A stretch of DNA of 64,000 nt from Mizuhopecten yessoensis (taxonomy: Eukaryota), in NCBI RefSeq assembly GCF_002113885.1, contig NW_018407568.1, positions 28,278 to 92,277 of the forward strand, given 5' to 3'. Below are positions 26,501 through 41,500 of this stretch, piece after piece; within the stretch, counting starts at the first letter, position 1, and every line of letters begins with the position of its first letter. The position numbers and the translations under genes are program-made. The notes beneath the pieces are model-generated. The model was not told the origin of the DNA and made no database searches. It saw only the letters and a list, made by a program, of their open reading frames with translations.

Positions 26501-29500
26501 TTCAGATACTTTAATAGAAGATTCAATTTATGTCTATCACAATGACTATGTACAAAGAAAAATCCTGTACTCTACTTTAAAATTTATCAAACCTTTATAA
26601 TTTTAACTTGGGTGACTTACTGTGCCATAGTCAGACTGTTTGTTAATCGGGAGACTTCAGCTCTACAAGAGAATTCAGTGAAAACATTAAATTCCAATGA
26701 AATAGATGTCCCAGTTACTGTGAAATCAGATATTTTCATGGGGCCCAATTTTAGTGGTTTCCCAGTAAAACACCATTTGTGGATTATGAGTACCAACTCA
26801 TATGAAGGATTGCTTTATGTCAAACTTACATTAATTTGGTGGACCTATGAAATCAATGAAATTACAAACTAACGAAAATTAGTGATTTCAGTCTATATAT
26901 TTCTAATGCATAGTTCTGACAGAGTAAATGTTGAATATGAATAGTAAATATAAAATATACTGCTGGGTATAATTGTCTTATAATACCCCGTTCACACATA
27001 GACGCCTCTTTTACTACAATGGAAAAGGGGTGAAAAGTGTGGCCAATCGTGGCCAACTGTAGTCCAAAATTTCCCAAATTTCTGGATTTTTACAGCGATA
27101 ATACCCGATTAGAGAAGGTATTAAACACTAAACAATAAGAACATCAGCTGTAAATTATCCCATTTGATAAAAGAAGCCATACAAAGTTATAAATGGGGTC
27201 TGTAAGCTCAGCCACTGTGTGTAACACTGTATAGTTTAAAGAATGTGAAGGCCCCGACATCCTCTGAATGTCTAACCTTGTTCTATGATTCTCCTCCGTC
27301 AATCTGATCACGTCCTTCCTGATGTTTTCCTTCTCCAAGCTGCAAAAGTGAATACAAACAAGATGTAATAACCAAGATATTAGACTCTTTTCATAAGTAT
27401 GTTACTTACAGTCTGACAATAATACTATATGGTACATTTTATATGTATTTCACTAAAGGCGACCGTGTCAGAGGGATTGTTAAGTGGAATTCCGAGGAAT
27501 TCACACAGAGAGGGGCTGACAGAAAGACGTGGTGCAATCCTATATTGCCCTCTGGTTTCACTGTTAGAGAGTAAATCATTTAGTACTTTAGGTTTGACCT
27601 AACCTATACATCATACTGGTGATATATAAATACATACATCAATTTCCTGTGCTCCTCGGGATCTGTCCTGTTGGCCTGTTCTATGAGGTGGTTTGTGCGG
27701 GACTTCCATCTCTCGACTTCATTCCTCAGGGCATCTCTCTCGGCCCCAATGGCATCACGATGGGATTGAGAGTCTCTCACACTGGACTGTAAGGGGTCGA
27801 TGCTCTGCTCCAGGGTCGCCACCTGAACAATAGGGCAGTTTTATCACTAATGTAACAGAAAGGACAGTAAATTTATTTACAAGCTAAAACCCCATTATAA
27901 TGTAACTGAACTGTCACTGTATTAGTAGAAACCCTTTCTCAACAAATCTGGTCATACGTATCCTACAGGATTAGTATAAGATCCTTTATTACAACATGAA
28001 TGCTGAACTTTTCAACACTGTAGTATTACGGATTGAATTTTTTATTTTTGCTTGCCTAGGTCAATCACCATGGTAATGATAGCATATTCTAACACAAGAT
28101 GCTTGAGTGACGATAAAGATATGAGTGACCTTGACCTTAACACCATGAAAAACCAACTTCTTTGAGGTACTCTCATACTTCACCTTTGTATATGAAGTTC
28201 AATTCAAATCCATTAGTAAAATGAAACTACTAGAGTGATGATATGTTAGTACACAAGTATAAATGGAACACTTTATCTCCCAAACGACTTTTTTTTTTCA
28301 TCCAGCTGAACCTATAAAGAAAATGACAGGCTCGGATCTGAACCGAGGCTTAACCTCAAGAATATTCAGCACGAGTATATATATCGAGGGGTCCAGACAT
28401 GCCTGACAGAAATTACATATTCCAAAGACATATTATGCTTGAATTATTGTTATTTATTTGTCACAAACCCTGAAACTGCAATTTTTTTTAGCTCTGTCTA
28501 CATTTTGTTTCAAGTACATTTGTTTATCGCGGAACATTCTTTGCCACCGGTGCACCTGCACCATTTCAACTCGGATACGCGAATGAGACCCAGTATGTCC
28601 TTTCCAGACCAATCTCCTGACCACACCAGTGTTTGCCTCCATTACACCCTACCTTAGCCTCCAGGGTCTGGACCTGCTGCTCCGATTTCGTTTTCTCGTC
28701 CCTCAGCAGACGGTTACTGTCTGTGAGGAGGTTCAGATTCTCCACCTTCCTCATCAGCTCAGCGTGCTGGGCTGCTGTCTGTAGATTAGTCTGAAACCAA
28801 AAACCTCAGATCTCTGTAAGTGCCAAACATACAATGTTTAGTGTATATAGATATATATAAAACTTACATGATCATATCCATTCTCTTATTAATGTGTTGA
28901 TATATAAAAAAAAAAATATATAAATGCATGTTAATTCTAAAGAAAATTGTTGATATCAAAAAATACAAATATAAAAAAAAAGCATGTTAGATCTGAAGAA
29001 AATTGTTGACATAAAAAAAAGCATTTTAAATTAGAATATTTTTTTATTATTAGTTTGATTTTTCAGTCCTTTAAAAAAAAAAAGGAAAACAAACATACAT
29101 AACATACTGTAGCTAAAAAATAAGGAACAATTATAAGGTAAACATTTTTTTAGTTTTTGGATTATATCACATAGATGATACATTGATGATTAAAGACTGA
29201 AATATGTAACTTCTAGGTACTACATTTATTTCCAGAAAATGTTAGACTGAGATTTCGAAAGGAAGTATGTAGTTAGTACATGTTGCTCCTGCAGCACTCA
29301 CCTGTGAGTGTTCCCGCTCCTCACGCATTGCATCGTTGGCCTCCTCCAGGGAGCGCTGTACTCGCTCCAGCTGCTGACGCACAGTTTTTGACTCGGACTG
29401 TACAATCTCCAGCTTTGTTTCTGCAATCTCTTTCTCACGACGTAAAAATCTGTGAAAAAAGTGACAAACGTTCAAAATAGCAGTTTTATATATCATTTAT

Positions 29501-32500
29501 TTGGAAATAAGTAATTTCAATGGCCAGATTTCTTAATACTTCTTTCTGCAGTATACCATACAGTAATGTGGGAATCAGACGGTGTATTTCAGCACTGTAT
29601 CTAGTACAGGTTGTAATTTGAGTACTCACTTCACCACTTCGAGGAGTTGTTCCGATGACTTGGCCGTGTCCTCAGGACTTGTTGAAAATGATTCATTACG
29701 AGTGACAGCCTGTTGGACAGCCACAACATCCAGACTCATCTGAACAAAAGACAAACAAATATCTAAAACAAGTACCACAATGATGTCAATGTCATATTTA
29801 GAGTACTTGCCCTTAGGCAATTTTATAAACATTTCTACAAACCTAACCTATATTTACCTAATTTTTGCTAGTTTTTACACAATATCTACTGGCTAGTAGA
29901 TCTGTCAAACCCTGGATAATGATCAATAACTATCTCTTAAAGTGATTGACTTTAATGGAATTCTGGTACCCTACTCTGGAGAAAAACTATACATTGTCTT
30001 ATGGAGTGTGTAATGACACACATACCCTGCCATAATTAGATCCTTAAGATCAAATCTGATGCAAAAGTGATATACTATATGACACTATAAGCTTTTATTC
30101 TTTTGATGATTTTGTCAAAACAAAGTTTAACTTTCGCCTTTTTCGTCCTTCATAATGAGGACAAATTTACCACAACATTGAAAATAAGTACACAACATGC
30201 TATACATAGGAATAACTTGTTAAGAGAGAAATGAACACTGTGCCAAAATTGGATCTACCACTGAAGGATAAAAACTTGACTGGGCGAAGGTTTCCTGGTA
30301 TACAGAAAATTGGGCCACGGTGGCCAAGTGGTTAAGGCGTCTGACATTCTGCTACCACTAGCCCTCCACCACTGGGTCGCGGGTCCGAGGCCTACGTGGG
30401 ACAGTCCCCCAGGTAATAGCCGTAAGTTGGTGTTTTTTCTCCGGAAACTCCGACTTTCCTCCACCACTAACCTGGCCCGTCCTTAAATGAACATACCTGT
30501 TAATAGGACGAAGACCACAAACAAACCTAACCACATATCTAAAACATAAAATGCATACCTTCTCTATCTGCTGGTGTAGAAGATTGTTTTGTTGAGAGAA
30601 ATCTTGGATCCTCTTCTGCAGACGCACACACTCCGTTTTGAGTGTTTTCTCCTGCTCTTGCCAAGACCCCTGTTAATACAAATATTTTTGAACATGATAA
30701 TAAAGTGGTTTTCTATCAAACCGTCGAAATAAAAACCTGGCCTCTTCTCACTATCCTCAAGTTATTGTCCTCTGAAACATCAATGTTTCTTCTAAACATA
30801 ATTAAGTGGTTTTCTATCAAACTAGAAAAATAAAAATCTAGCCAGTTCTAGGGCTGTCATTGATGAGAAAATTGTATCATTACCTTGATGGCAAATAATA
30901 TTGATATATCGATATAATGACCAGCCATCTTTGAGTCATGATTGGAGTCCATGGTTTAATGTTCATTCAAATTAATTGTAAGTATATGCAATCATTTCCA
31001 TTTTCAATTTTAACAATCTATATTTAAGTACACGAAATTTTCATACAACTTATTTGTCTAAATAGTAATATATTTTTATATATATTCCAAAAAATATGTC
31101 ATGATAATTTTTTATACAGACCAATATCGATATGCTAAAATTGTATCAATATCATATCAAACTATTTTTTATCGATGTTATAACGATATTTAATCCATCA
31201 ATGACAGCCCTGGCCTGTTCTCATTATCCTTTAAAGACTATATCAGTATGGTCGTCTAAAACTTCAATGACAGCCCTGGCCTGGTCTCATTATCCTTTAA
31301 AGACTATATCAGTATGGTCGCCTAAAACATCAATGACAGCCCTGGCCTGTTCTCATTATACTTTAAAGACTATATCAGTATGGTCGTCTAAAACATCAAT
31401 GAAAGCCCTAGCCTGTTCTCATTATCCTTTAAAGACTATATCAGTATGGTCGCCTAAAACATCAATGACAGCCCTGGCCTGTTCTCATTATACTTTAACG
31501 ACAATAACAGTATGGTCGTCTAAAACATCAATGACAGCCCCGGCCTGTTCTCATTATCCTTTAAAGACTATATCATTATGGTCGTCTAAAACATCAATGA
31601 CAGCCCTGGACTGTTCTCATTATCCTTTAAAGACTATATCAGTATGGTCTTCTAAAACATCAATGACAGCCCTGGCCTGTTCTCATTATACTTTAACGAC
31701 AATAACAGTATGGTCGTCTAAAACATCAATGACAGCCCTGGCCTGTTCTCATTATACTTTAACGACAATAACAGTATGGTCGTCTAAAACATCAATGACA
31801 GCCCCGGCCTGTTCTCATTATCCTTTAAAGACTATATCATTATGGTCGTCTAAAACATCAATGACAGCCCTGGCCTGTTCTCATTATACTTTAACGACAA
31901 TATCAGTATAGTCGTCTAAAACATCAATGACAGCCCTGGCCTGTTTTCATTATCCTTTAAAGACTATATCAGTATGGTCGTCTAAAACTTCAATGACAGC
32001 CCTGGCCTGGTCTCATTATCCTTTAAAGACTATATCAGTATGGTCGTCTAAAACATCAATGACAGCCCTAGCCTGTTCTCATTATCCTTTAAAGACTATA
32101 TCAGTATGGTCTTCTAAAACATCAATGACAGCCCTGGCCTGTTCTCATTATACTTTAACGACAATATCAGTATAGTCGTCTAAAACATCAATGACAGCCC
32201 TGGCCTGTTTTCATTATCCTTTAAAGACTATATCAGTATGGTCGTCTAAAACATCAATGGTTTATTTTATAACATACGCAGCATTACAATCAACATATTT
32301 CATGGACCGCAACACGTTGTTACAGATATGTAAATGCATTTGGAACACCCTAGTTATATCTTAAGGATCCCAGTGCCACTGCACTGAGTTTTTTTCCTAT
32401 ATACAGTATCCTCCCCTTAACCTTCGTTTAAATAGAACTGTACTACAGTTGCTCTAGGGTACTTCCATTGACTAGGTAGCTCAATTAGTTAGAGCAATGG

Positions 32501-35500
32501 TATAACAATCTTTGGTCCAGGGTTCAAACCCCGGGGCTAGCCCTGTATAACACTCTGTGGTCCAGGGTTCAAACCCCGGGGCTAGCCCTGTATAACACTC
32601 TGTGGTCCAGGGTTCAAACCCCGGGCCAGCCCTGTAAAACACTCTGTGGTCCAGGGTTCAAACCCCGGGCCAGCCCTGTATACCACTCTGAGGTCCAGGG
32701 TTCAAACCCCGGGCCAGCCCTGCTGACATTTTACCCTCAGAACACTGTTGTTGATCATATTTTGTTTATTTCATCTTTATTATTTCTCATAAAAGTTCCG
32801 CAAGGTGTGGCTTTCTTTTAAGAAATGATTAATTTAAAGCCATGACCATGCCGAAAAAAACGGTTTCCAGTACTGAGTTACGGTTTCTGGCAGTGGTACA
32901 GGGATTCATATGTAACATTGTAATCAAACACCTCTGTAATCAGATACCCATGTAACCTGACACCCATGTAATCAGATACCTCTGTAATCAGATACCTCTG
33001 TAATCAGACACCTCTGTAATCATACACCTCTGTAATCAGACACCCATGTAACCAGACACCCATGTAACCAGACACCCATGGTACCAGACACCTCTGTAAT
33101 CAGATACCATCGTAACTTGACACCTCTGTTATCAGACATTTCTGTATCAGCTATTGTGTGCTTAGCGAGGTACATTTACCTCAAGGACATGGGTATGATA
33201 TTTATTTTTAAGGTGAACTCTTATTCACTGATGGCTTATAGCTACTCACAAAATAAATCATGCAGTAAACTTTTAAAGCAGTATAAACCAAGCAATTGAA
33301 AATACCCAGTCCCAGGCCTAGAGAGGAAGAGCTTTTAAATGTCACAAAGTCAGGATCGATCTATCACCTGATCTTGTTTAAGTCTGTCATTTGTCATACC
33401 TTGGATTCCTCGAGTATCTTTTCTGCTTTGATACGGCACTCCTGTTCTGTAGCTAACTTTTCATTATGTTCGTCCATCTGAAAAAATCATATGATCTTAA
33501 ACACAAAGACAAATACTTCAGTATCTTAGCTACTGACATAAATCAGAATAATACAATCACACACAATCCTATTACTGGGGAATACAATAACACAGCATGT
33601 CATACTTCAATTATTACATTGGTGTACGGGCTATTCCATGATTTATCGTATGGGGGAGGTGGGAGGCACCTTTATTAATATATTATATGGGGGAGGTGGG
33701 AGGCACCTTTATTAATATATTATATGGGGAGGTGAGAGGAACCTGCACTAATGTATTATGGGTTAAAACCAGATCTGCCTATACTATCATTCTTTATCCT
33801 AAATCAATTTTAAGACTTTAAGTATGATGGGGTCTCGGAAAAAGTGCCTCTCACCCCTCCCGTATGGTTAATTCTCAAACAGCCCTAATAACTTTCGTCC
33901 CTGTTTTGTAAAGTTTGATTTATATATTAGACCTCTATTGATGATCTTCACTGTGGAGATAATAGTTTGGGTAATCTGTAATATACCAACTGTCTCGATC
34001 ACCTTACCATTATAGGGACTGTTTTAATAGTTTAGTATCCCTACACATTAGAATTGGATGAATGAGGTGGTCTCCGAAACATCTGGGGCCAGTACTTGGT
34101 TTAGGTTGATCTTCTCGAAGGTATTGGAAAGAGATCTTTGTATAAGGGCTGTTAAACTATTAATCATTTGGGAAAAGTTAGTGCTATGTTTCAAATAAAA
34201 CTTAAGCATGCCCGATTTTCTTGTAAAACTTGAACTCAGTGAATCCAGGAATAGAACCACAACAGATTATGGCAGCTGCAAACACACCTGTTTCTTGATT
34301 TTATGGTTAACATGTGTACATGTCCATGAGATTTTGTATTTAATACTTGTCAATTTATATACCAAACCAATGACTGAACAAGACACAAAATATAAAACCT
34401 TCCCTACCTGTTTTTTAATGATTGTAAGGGCCTCCACGTCAGCAGCGTGTAGTATCAGTTCTCTCTGGTATTTATCCTGGACCTGGAAATCAACCAATTC
34501 TCCCGAGGTTAGGTAGACATGATGATGAACATGATGATTAATATATAATCCTGTATACTTCTCATTACAGACTTTCATTATAAACTATTTGGTTTGGTTT
34601 AGTTGGTTTAACGTCCTATCAACAGCTAAGGTCATTAAANNNNNNNNNNNNNNNNNNNNNNNNNNNNNNNNNNNNNNNNNNNNNNNNNNNNNNNNNNNNN
34701 NNNNNNNNNNNNNNNNNNNNNNNNNNNNNNNNNNNNNNNNNNNNNNNNNNNNNNNNNNNNNNNNNNNNNNNNATGTATGTTGTGTATGTGTGTATTGTGT
34801 ATGTGTATGTGTGTTGTGTATTGTGTATATGTGTGTTGTGTATATGTGTTGTGTATGTGTGTTGTGTATGTGTGTATTGTGTATGTGTATGTGTGTTGTG
34901 TATTGTGTATATGTGTTTTGTGTATGTGTTGTGTGTATGTGTGTTGTGTATGTGTCTTGTGTATGTGTGTTGTATATGTGTGTTGNNNNNNNNNNNNNNN
35001 NNNNNNNNNNNNNNNNNNNNNNNNNNNNNNNNNNNNNNNNNNNNNNNNNNNNNNNNNNNNNNNNNNNNNNNNNNNNNNNNNNNNNNNNNNNNNNNNNNNN
35101 NNNNNNNNNNNNNAGGCAGTGTATGTTGGGAATGGTGTGCTTGCCTCCTTGTAATAGCATGGATCTGATACCGGCCTCATAGTGCTATCTCTCTGAAACA
35201 CCATACCAAAGGCACCCAGCACAGCATTCCCCCCGGTCACATCATACTGACAACGGGTGAACCAGTTGTTGGCATTACCCCAAATACTGAATGTGAAGCA
35301 GGGACTAACAACTACCATTTTTGAGAACTTTGTTATGTCCTGGCCAGAGGACAGAACCCATTGCCTTCCTCACCTGGGCAGACGCTCAACATTAAAACCA
35401 GAAGTGAGGTGTTATATCAACTATCAAAGTGCCACAAACTGCTAGATGATTACCAAACTGCTGTGTGAGAAATAACAATCAAATAAACTATGTTGTAAAT

Positions 35501-38500
35501 ATGGAAACTCATTGTCCTCCTTCCTTGTCAGGGTCATAATTATATTAAAAACAAAATGTTCATTTCACATTTCTGATAGTAATCAATTTCAACGTAATTT
35601 TCATAAACAACCATGGGAAGCATTAACAACCAACCTCCGAGGCCAGGTTTGTTTGTGAGCGGTTTTCCTGGATTGCCTTCGCCTCCTTGGCGATAGCCTC
35701 CTCTCGTCGTTGAACAGCTTCCTGTAGCTCGTTTTGTAAGCACGCCAACTGCTTCCTCAAATCGGCATTCTACACAAAAATCAAGTTCACATCAACAATT
35801 ACCATTTACCCACTTATGACTTTACATGTCAGCTCAACTAGGAACATATCTGGAGAAACCAATTTTATTATCCACCCGTAGTTAAATATATGAACTGAAT
35901 ATACTTTCTGATAATTAAATTATAAAATTAATGTTGTGCACACTAATTACTCTAATTGGGAATTTATGTATAGTTTTCCTTTTTTCACCTCAACTATTAA
36001 CTGCATTGAGTTGACAGCAGAGGATTTTTGTAAGTCCTACAGTCAGAATAAAAATCTGTGTATCTCTGTATAGAATTTAATACATTGTAATAAGAAATGT
36101 TTTAAATGTTTTCCATCTGGACAAAACTACAATCAAAAGGCAAGAGTTTGATATTTTGATATAGTTTGTGAAATGAAATGATCCCACTTTCACAGCCAAT
36201 CAGAGGAGAATGTGCTCGTAACTCCAGGACAAATAGACAGTTACTTCCTCAGTGTACAGTTACTGACCATCTCCGGTCAATACCAATGACTTCCTTGGGA
36301 TTATTGTCCAGAGTGCCACTGTCCAGAAAGTCAGTACGACTAAGGATGTGTTCACTACCTGAACATCAAGAAATTAGTACCAATCCTCAAGCTAGACCAG
36401 TCTATTCATTTAAAGGTCATCAACCAAAATTTGATAAAATTTACCTCAACTTCGGAAAGAAGTGACCTGTTTTTAATGAGAAACAGTTTATTTTTAGAAA
36501 GACTCTTCAAAAGTAATTCTGTATACATGGCCATGGATAGATGAAGATTTCAGTAGACATGCTCATAACCATATTGTCTATTTTTTACTTAGATCCAAGA
36601 TTACTGATTCCTAAGGAGATGAGTAGTCCGTTTACAACAACTAACCAGTTTGTGGCTCTCCTCTGATACCCTGATGTTCTCGTTGAGTAGATCTTGATGC
36701 TCTTTCTCCAAATCTTCTGTCCTTTTCTCTGCATGTTTCTTAGCTGTAATGAGAAAGTAAAGGAAACTCAACAGAATTCCTTGAAGTTGTAGTGGAGTTT
36801 TCACACATGAACAGACGTAGCAAAAGCTAAGATAACTGAAGTCCAGCTAAATACTAAGGATAATTTTCAACAAACATTTGACTTGTCTAGTCTTCAATCT
36901 CGGCAAAGAAAATAAATTCCGTTTACAACAACACATTTGTGATAGTGACATTACAATATCAATATTGATAATCAGAAAAAATGTTTGTAAAACATACACA
37001 GACTCCTGTTTTGATAGGCAAGGAGGAAAACACAAAGTATTACCAAAGATATGGAACTAAATGCAAATTCTAACCGGTCGGTGAAGTGGAAAATACAGAT
37101 CACACTGACCTATATTTAATAAATTTCTGTAGCACTCTTCATGCTAACCCAAATGATATCCTTTATTAAAGAAGTTTTACAAACCTTCAAGCATTTCTTC
37201 AAACTTCTGCTCGAACTGGTTATTTGCCTGGAAAACAATTCAATCAAGCTCATGAATATAAACGCAAGAACAAAGCTTTGTTGGTAAGCTGATGATAAAC
37301 ATGTTACACTCGTGTCAGGCTGGGTAGAATAAACATGTTTAAAATGACATTAAGAAGTCATCAGGTTAACACCATGTGTCGATGAATGCTATAACAACGA
37401 CCTCGAGTAAGTTTATACAAAGGCTGCTTCAACATGGACCTTGGTTGTCATCGTTAATTATATTTTATTGAACCAATTTGCACAAAACATATTTCAAATA
37501 TCTAACAATCAATTTGAATCATTATATAGTCGATATGAAGAACAAAGCTAACATCTTTTATTTTATTTTATTTTTCCATTTTTCTTTCTCTTTATAAGAT
37601 ACACGTTCTTCTTTATTTGAACCTTTTCAGGTTCCTTGGTGTTGTTATCACTTTTTGGACAAATAAATAAAAGCCCTGATGACTGAAAATATTTTACCAT
37701 TGACTGTTCATCCATGGTCTTCTGGAGTCCGTCGGCGATGGCTTTGTAATTTGTCACATGATCCTGGGATTTGCTGAGTTGATCCCGAAGAGCTGAAAAA
37801 GATAAAAATACAAACTTCAAATTCATGGAAATCCCCCTAAACATCAAAGGCTGGTTTTCTGTGCAATCAGTTTGACTACATTTTGATACCAGGTTTCTAA
37901 TAAATTACAAACCTGAAAGATACACAATGAATACATGTAACATCAAATGATTTTCATTTTTTGGCAAATTTGGTGAAAAGGAACATTACGCATATGAATT
38001 GATTTCAACATCATCACGATAATTTTAATCAGTATGATACAGTAACATATTGATAAGTGTTTGAAATGTTCCTGTTGAACTAGAAGCAATCTTTAATTTT
38101 GTAGTTATGTTAAAAATGTTAAACAGGGAAAATAATACAAAATATCTGGAAAAATCAAGGTTATTTTACCAAGAGAAATCATAAAAATATTCTAGCATGC
38201 ACAATAAATGAGATACGTACTGCTGACATTATGCTGAGACTGCTCCAGTTGAGATTGGAGGTCCTTCACTTCTTCGTTCACAGCCTCAGCGTTCAAGCTA
38301 ACAGAGTCTATCAACACAAATATACACCAGTGACATCATGTTTTCATACACTTAACCAAAAGTTTAAGGATGCATCATTTTTTAGTTATCCATAGCTGTC
38401 CACCCTCCCTCATTAGGAGGGAGATTCCCTCATTTTGACACAAATTTATCAATCTCCCTCAAAACTCCCTCATTCAAGTCCAAACTCACACAAACTCAAA

Positions 38501-41500
38501 ATCTACATCCTGTGGTCAAATGATCTCTTAGTTAGTGCAGGGTATGTGTGTAATGATCATATCAGGAGTGTCTGAATCATATAAATGCTTTTCGGAGTTA
38601 TTTCGATTCATTAAAAGGGAAAGCAGTTTCAGTCACATTACACACTTTCTCCCTCATTGTAAATATGGAATGAGGGAGATCTCAGAGGTTGACACCTAAT
38701 AGTTAACCAATGATATATCCTGAACATAGACAATTCTGAAGTGGCAAATGTTATCATCAAATTCTTCAGAAAGCAGTAACCTTTATTTGGATGCAACTAC
38801 CCCGGACCAAACTCGGGGATTATAATTTCACGTATGTAATCATTAGGGGAACAAATAGCCTATGTTATTATATACATCTTCAATGAAATTCCACAGTTTG
38901 GAATTCTGTCATATCCGAGTGTCTCTTTATACACGATGTACGTATCAAACGTGACCCGATGATCGACTGGTCCCTTTGTTAAGCTCTAGTCATAGCTTGT
39001 TAAAGGTACCAGTGCTGAATGCGACGCCTTTAACATGTACATTGTTTGTGTATAAAGTAACACTTTGATAGGAAATTTGTTATTTCTTTATCCGTCTGCT
39101 TGGATTACGAAAGAAATTTCCATTAATACATTTTTTTCCCCAATTGTTCAAAGTTTATTCATAGTTTTTCTTGGATTTTATTTTTGCAATTGTGAAAAAG
39201 TTCCCATAACAAGTAATATCCAAATTGATTTATTCTTATTTTTCCCCATAATTTTCCAAGGATTGCAGAGCAAAATCTTATCAATATCAAAGCAAGCTGG
39301 TATATACTTTCTTTGTGGACTGCAAAGGACCATTGTGCACCATTAATACTATTAATTATAGTGATAGGTGATCCAAAGTATACCAATAATAATTTACGCA
39401 CTCTTAACCCTTTAACCCTGTAGACCATAATGAACTCATCCAGATTAATACATGGGAGAGTCCACTAAAGTTGCATAGGGGTGAATATACAATCTCACCC
39501 GTGACTGTTGTTGACGTGTTGGCGAGTCTCATTTCTGCCGTTGCTAACTTTGCCTCGGCTGCTTCCAACTGTAATATAGATGACACACTTCATTTAAACA
39601 GACAACAACAATCATAAATACAACATCTGGCCCTTTGACGTATCCTGTGATAAACAAAGGCACTTTGAACGAAATGTAGGCTAAATGATGCACAGTTTCG
39701 AAGTTTTGTTACAAACCAGCTGAACCTAAAAAGAAAACAACAGGCTCAGACCTGCACCGAGGCTCATCTCAGGATAATCGGCACATGTATATCAAGGGGT
39801 CCCGACATGCCTGACTGAAACTTAAATACTGACTGTTGGCAGTTTGCATGATTTATTTATAAAACAAGGTTGATTCACTGTGGATATTTTAGGATATGTT
39901 ATACAATTCAGTGGACTGGTGAAAGAATGTCATATTATTCTTGAACATTCTTATATATTTGTAACAAAACCTACATTTCATTACAAGTGCCTTCGTTTAT
40001 CACGAAAAATTCCTCCACCACCTGAACAGTTTCAACCGGGATACACGAATGCCACCCTGTTGGAATTTTCTTTCCTTTATCTAAATTTGCTACACATATT
40101 CATTTCTCCACTTGGTTTTTATTTTCTGTTACAAGAAAAATATGATATTTTTACCATAATTTGCTCTGAGATATCTATGTCATTACTTCAAACAGCGTTT
40201 AAACATTCAAAACACTTTTTTTAACAAACTAGAATATGAATGCTATCAAATTCTCCAGACATCTCTACCACCCAAATGTCCCATTCATCTACTTTTAAAT
40301 AACTCTTGTATCATTTAGAACAGGTGATGAACGTTTAGACTGACCTTGTTCTTCGAGTCCTCAATTTCTTGCTGTACACCGCGGAGATGTTTTTTGTCCA
40401 CCTCATGATTTTCCAGCTCTTGTTCCAACTGACTGCGGATTTCCTTGATTTGACTCTGACACAAACAAATAAATTCATTCATGAAAACTGTTCCAGACAA
40501 ATGTGTACCACTTCATCTTACTAAACAATTGATTTCTCTATTTGTTTTGATTACCAAGGTATACGAAAATTCAAAAGTAACAGGTTGAATTTTAGTTTTC
40601 AGTTAAATTATTTCAATCAAAAGCACTTTTTCTTCACTCACCTCAAAGATGGTTGTAATCGTCTTCTGCTCATCCTGGGCTGAGTGGAGTTTCCTGGTCA
40701 AGTTATTGTTTTCCATCTCCAGGGCGTCAATCTTGTTGGTGTATCTGTTCCTCGTCTCCGACTCAGAACGTTCTATATTATTCTGCAATGGCAAAGAGCA
40801 TTATCAAGTATGACCCGGCACTGTGCATTACTTTGATGGCTTTTACTAAGTAAGACTAATCTCTGTGCATTACTTTGATGGCTTTTACTAAGTAAGGCTA
40901 AGCTCTGTGTATTACTTTGATGGCTCTTACTAAGCAAGATTAAGCTCTAGATCTGTGCCTTACTTTGATGCCTTTTACTTAGTAAGACTAAGCTCTGTGC
41001 ATTACTTTGATGGCTTTTACTAAGTAAGACTAATCTCTGTGCATTACTTTGATGATTCTTACTAAGTAAGACTAAGCTCTGTGCATTACTTTGATGCCCT
41101 TTACTAAGTAAGACTAAGCTCTGTGTATTACTTTGATGGCTCTTACTAAGCAAGATTAAGCTCTAGATCTGTGCATTACTTTGATGCCTTTTACTTAGTA
41201 AGACTAAGCTCTGTGCATTACTTTGATGGCTTTTACTAAGTAAGGCTAAGCTCTGTGTATTACTTTGATGGCTCTTACTAAGTAAGACTAAGCACTGTGC
41301 ATTACTTTAATGGCTCTTACTAAGTAAGACTAAGCTCTGTGCATGACTTTGATGGCTCTTACCAAGTAAGACTAAGCTCTGTGCATTACTTTGATGCCTT
41401 TTACTAAGTAAGACTAAGCTTTGTGTATTACTTTGATGGCTCTTACTAAGTAAGACTAAGCTTTGTGCATTACTTTGATGGCTCTTACTAAGTAAGACTA

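Noticed and set aside
31132-32175. MTALACSHY repeat ORFs
   Set aside because: They come from the 66-bp TE-end satellite, antisense within an intron, and are interrupted by stops.
34585-35318. ORFs spanning N runs
   Set aside because: Assembly gaps plus a TG microsatellite.
38392-38698. Possible MITE with degenerate TAG(G/C)TGTC...GACACCTA ends
   Set aside because: The TIRs are imperfect, the TSD is ambiguous and there is no second copy in the window.
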